Below are positions 59,833 to 64,000 of a stretch of DNA of 64,000 nt, in pieces (positions within the stretch are counted from its first letter, which is position 1; every line of letters starts with the position of its first letter). The DNA is taken from contig NC_092006.1 of NCBI RefSeq assembly GCF_044704955.1, forward strand, positions 13,516,001-13,580,000, written 5' to 3'. The translations under genes and the position numbers were made by a program. Source of the DNA: Pristiophorus japonicus. Its lineage: Eukaryota. Under the pieces are notes generated by a model that did no database searches, had not been told where the DNA came from, and saw only the letters and a program-made list of their open reading frames with translations.

Positions 59833-62800
59833 GGGCGAGAACCTCCCCTTTTTTTTTGCCATGCTTAACGCCCATTTTACCGCTGAGATGACGTATAATG
59901 CCCAGATGTCGCCCATTTTGGCACAATATGGAAACGGGCATTTTTTGGAGACTTAGCGCCGAACGTTACTTCCCCCATGTGCTTAACGCCGAGAAAAAAT
60001 ATCTCCCCCCGCCCACTTTTTTGGGGGCGGATTCAGCAGAACGGGCAACTTCAACCCAGCATTACTTTCCACACGGAATTAACGCCGAGATTCAATATTA
60101 ACGCCCGCTGATTGTTTTTTGTCGTAAGGAGCATATTTACCCAAACTAGCGGCCATGGAGATCGCCCATTGTCAATTTCACCACCTCACATTTCACCCAC
60201 ACTATCGCTCGCTCAAAAAAGCGCCCACAAAGAATGGAGCTAACCGGAACAAATCACAGCGTTATGGACGCCACGTTCTCGATCACATGTTGCGACCTTT
60301 AAAAGGCCGCTGTGCTTCAGCCTTGGCGGAGTACGGACGTACCCTGCAGGGCGTTGGAGTTGATCTGAGCATCTCTAAAAACATCTTGACCACACTGTGA
60401 CCGATTGGAATTGAAGAGGTGTGTTCGTCGGGACATTCCTTGTTTGGGACCAATCGGTGGAAAACCGAACTACTGCAATGGGGCCTGTCCTTTCTCGCCC
60501 TCTCTTGGTGACCAAATACATGCAGCAGACTCGAGATCATCGAAGGAACGCTGCACAGCAGTATGTGCCCAATGTACGAAGTGACAGACTGATGAGGAGG
60601 ACCAGGCGTTACATCTCCCACAAGTACAAGGAGAAACAGTCTTCCCTCGACTTGCCCAACACCACCTGCCTTCGGAGACTGTGCTTCCACAAAGAGGTTA
60701 TCACTGAGGTATGCCAGCTGATAAGGGCAGATCCGCAGCCTGCCAGCACCATCAGTACTGCACTGTCCGTCGAGGTCAAAGTCACCGCGGCACTGTCGTT
60801 CTATGCCTCGGGTTCTTTTCAGGCCTCAGCTGGCGACATTTGCGGACTTTCTCAGCATGCCACACATCGCTGCATTAGACAGGTCACTGAAGCCCTGTAC
60901 ACACACAGGAGGGACTTGATCAGCTTCCCTATGACCAGGGAGGCACAGAGTGAGAGGGCTCTAGGATCCTCCAGAATTGCAAACTTCCCCAAGGTGCAGG
61001 GAGCAATAGACTGTACACACATCGCGATGCGGGCACCTTTTCAGGATGCTGAGGTTTTCAGGAACCGCAAGGGATTCCACTCCCTGAATGTCCAACTCGT
61101 GTCAACCACCAGCAAGTTATACTGGCAGTGAATGCTAAATCTCTGGGCAGCATCCATGAAGCTCACATCCTGCGTGAGAGCACTGTATCTGACTTGTTTA
61201 ACAATCAGCCACAAGGTCAATGCTGGATGCTTGGTGACAAAGGATACGGCCTCGCCACCTGGCTGATGACACCCCGCTGCGTGACACCCACACCGAAGCC
61301 GAGAGGCGATACAACGAGAGCCACAGAGCAACTCGCAATATCGCGGAGAAAACCATTGGAGTGCTGAAGCAGCGCTTTAGATACCTGGACCACTCAGGAG
61401 GCGAGCTCCAATACCACCCTGAGCAGGTAGCTCAATTCGTGGTGGTGTGCTCCATGCTGCACAACTTGGCTATCAGGAGGGGACAAGAATTGCCTGATAG
61501 TCTGACAGTCCACCTCACCAGAGAGAGGAAGAGGAGGACAAGGAGGCGGACGCTGACATCGGCCCAGACAATCAGGCTGATGCTGAAGCCATGCCCCCGC
61601 CCCCCTGTAGACCAATGAAAGGGCCCATGGTGGCATGATAGCTGCAAGATCCTTACGTCAGGAGCTCATCAATGATCGCTTTGCCTGAAAGAACGTTGGT
61701 GTTATTTACAAGGCTGACACACTGCTGGGTGTGCAGGTCATACGTCAATGGTAGGCATCACCTTGGTGACAGTTAAAGTTTAGGTTGATTGAAGTTAAGT
61801 GTAATTATACCCTTTGATGTTAAGGTATCACCAGCGTGTAACGGTGCAGCTATCTGAGCCAATGTGCTGCAAGGTTTTGTTAAATAAAAAACATTTAAAT
61901 CAAACATTAGTCTGAAATCATCAGTATTTCTGGACAAACCAACCCTTTGGGTGACGGCCGAGACGCTGCTTGGACGGATACGTGAGAGGATGGTCCCGAG
62001 GTGGGAACGTGCTCTGAGCCAGAAGCAAGATGTTGCCCCTGGCTCTCATGTGTGGTTGGCAATGGGAGTGCATCACCTTGGGGGGCAGTGCCACGCTCCG
62101 GGACCACTGGGAGCCCTCTGCCACCAATGTTCCTGGCTACCAGCTCCAGGGCCTCCTCCATCCCTTCCATGTTAGCTATTATTTGTTGGACAACAACTCG
62201 GTGCCAACAACGTTCTTGGTGCTTAGTAGGCTTCTTGCTGCTGGTGAATCTCCGTCGTTCCTCCCACAACAGGCAAATAAGCACACACCACACAGCCACG
62301 CACGCTTTCAGTCCCTCTCTGCTCCCCATCTCTCTGTCTCCTCTTCTGTGCATATCATGGTGACTCTTGACCTCCAGAATCGTGGGAATCAGAAACATAG
62401 AAAATAGGTGCAGGAGTAGGCCATTCGGCCCTTCTAGCCTGCACCGCCATTCAATGAGTTAATGGCTGAACATGCAACTTCAGTACCCCATTCCTGCTTT
62501 CTCGCCATACTCCTTGATTCCCCTAGTAGTAAGGACTTCATCTAACTCCTTTTTGAATATATTTAGTGAATTGGCCTTAACAACTTTCTGTGGTAGAGAA
62601 TTCCACAGGTTCCCCACTCTCTGGGTGAAGAAGTTTCTCCTCATCTCGGTCCTAAATGGCTTACCCCTTATCCTTAGACTGTGACCCCTGGTTCTGGACT
62701 TCCCCAACATTGGGAACATTCTTCCTGCATCTAACCTGTCTAACCCCGTCAGAATTTTAAACGTTTCTATGAGGTCCCCTCTCATTCTTCTGAACTCCAG

Positions 62801-63625
62801 TGAATACAAGCCCAGTTGATCCAGTCTTTCTTGATAGGTCAGTCCCGCCATCCCGGGAATCAGTCTGGTGAACCTTCGCTGCACTCCCTCAATAGCAAGA
62901 ATGTCCTTCCTCAGGTTAGGAGACCAAAACTGTACACAATACTCCAGGTCTGGCCTCACCAAGGCCCTGTACAACTGTAGCAACACCTCTCTGCCTCTGT
63001 ACTCAAATCCCCTCGCTATGAAGGCCAACATGCCATTTGCTTTCTTAACCGCCTGCTGTACCTGCATGCCAACCTTCAATGACTGATGTTCCATGACACC
63101 CAGGTCTCGTTGCACCTCCCCTTTTCCTAATCTGTCACCATTCAGATAATAGTCTGTCTCTCTGTTTTTACCACCAAAGTGGATAACCTCACATTTATCC
63201 ACATTATACTTCATCTGCCATGCATTTGCCCACTCACCTAACCTATCCAAGTCACTCTGCAGCCTCATAGCATCCTCCTCGCAGCTCACACTGCCACCCA
63301 ACTTAGTGTCATCTGCAAATTTGGAGATACTACATTTAATCCCCTCGTCTAAATCATTAATGTACAGTGTAAACAGCTGGGGCCCCAGCACAGAATCGAG
63401 CGTTGCCATGCCATTGCTAAGGACGGCGACACTTTACGGCAGAAGGTCAAAAAAATGTTAACGCTAACACCCATTTGATATCGCTTGCGGTAACGCCCAT
63501 TTTCAAAAATGTAAACTAGGTGTTTTGAGAATGGTCGGGAAGCTGGCGATTTGAAAACCCTCTCGCCCATGCCGGAAATAACGCCCATTTTTGCGCGCTA
63601 AGTTCAAAAGTGGAGCTTCGAGCCT
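59833..63625 (+). mobile_element. Two-ended Harbinger transposon copy 4 (TIRs 59833-59852 and 63606-63625), frameshifted transposase ~60478-61687, nested CR1
   Basis: Imperfect ~20-bp TIRs: gggcgagaacctcccctttt versus reverse complement aggctcgaagctccactttt; subterminal aacgcccatttt repeats at both ends. Confidence 0.85.
62391..63392 (-). mobile_element. 5'-truncated CR1 LINE inserted in the Harbinger, putative TSD gaatc
   Basis: Open RT C-terminal frame with FADD; gaatc at 62386-62390 and 63393-63397. Confidence 0.93.
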
Positions 63626-63664
63626 AAGGTCTCAGCTCCTCCCTGATTCTCTCAGCCATGGAGA

Positions 63665-64000
63665 GGCCTGTGATTCAGGCTCTCACCCACGGGGCCTGTG
63701 GTTCAGGCTCCCGGCCCGTGGGGCCTGTGATTCAGGGGCCTGTGGTTCAGGCTCTCGCCTGTGATTCAGGCTCTCGCCCACGGGGCCTGTGATTCAGGCT
63801 CTCGCCCACGGGGCCTGTGGTTCAGGCTCTCGTCCATGGGGCCTGTGGTTCAGGCTCTCAACCATGGGGCCTGTGGTTCAGGCTCTCGCCCACGGGGCCT
63901 GTGATTCAGGCTCTCGTCCACAGGGCCTGTGGTTCAGGCTCTCAACCATGGGGCCTGTGGTTCAGGCTCTCGCCCACGGGGCCTGTGATTCAGGCTCTCG
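63665..64000. repeat. 28-bp minisatellite running off the window end
   Basis: Same unit and same upstream flank as 8678-8968. Confidence 0.9.

Larger units (their letters stand above)
7490..64000. repeat. Tandem segmental duplication array, at least 4 units, periods 14288/12427/13826 bp
   Basis: Actin-like stop codons at 17406, 31694, 44121 and 57947; identical element order in each unit; 62478-64000 repeats 7490-8968. Confidence 0.95.

Overview
Vertebrate genomic DNA; the CR1, L2 and Deu-type SINE repeats look like cartilaginous fish (shark), which is an inference. Positions 252-3233 (minus strand) hold a complete, compact 8-exon TXNIP (alpha-arrestin) gene of 401 aa, with a recognisable TATA/CCAAT/FOXO/ChoRE promoter. 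After GA repeats and a 200-N assembly gap, ~7.5-64 kb is a recent tandem segmental amplification with a period of 12.4-14.3 kb. Each unit carries one intact, intronless, divergent actin-related gene (387 aa, testis-ARP-like; 4 copies), a frameshifted PIF/Harbinger transposon interrupted by a CR1 LINE, further CR1 fragments and large minisatellites that appear to have grown out of L2 and SINE sequence. Only the last unit keeps both Harbinger ends. The internal junctions are microhomology deletions between CR1 and minisatellite. The array probably continues past the right edge of the window.
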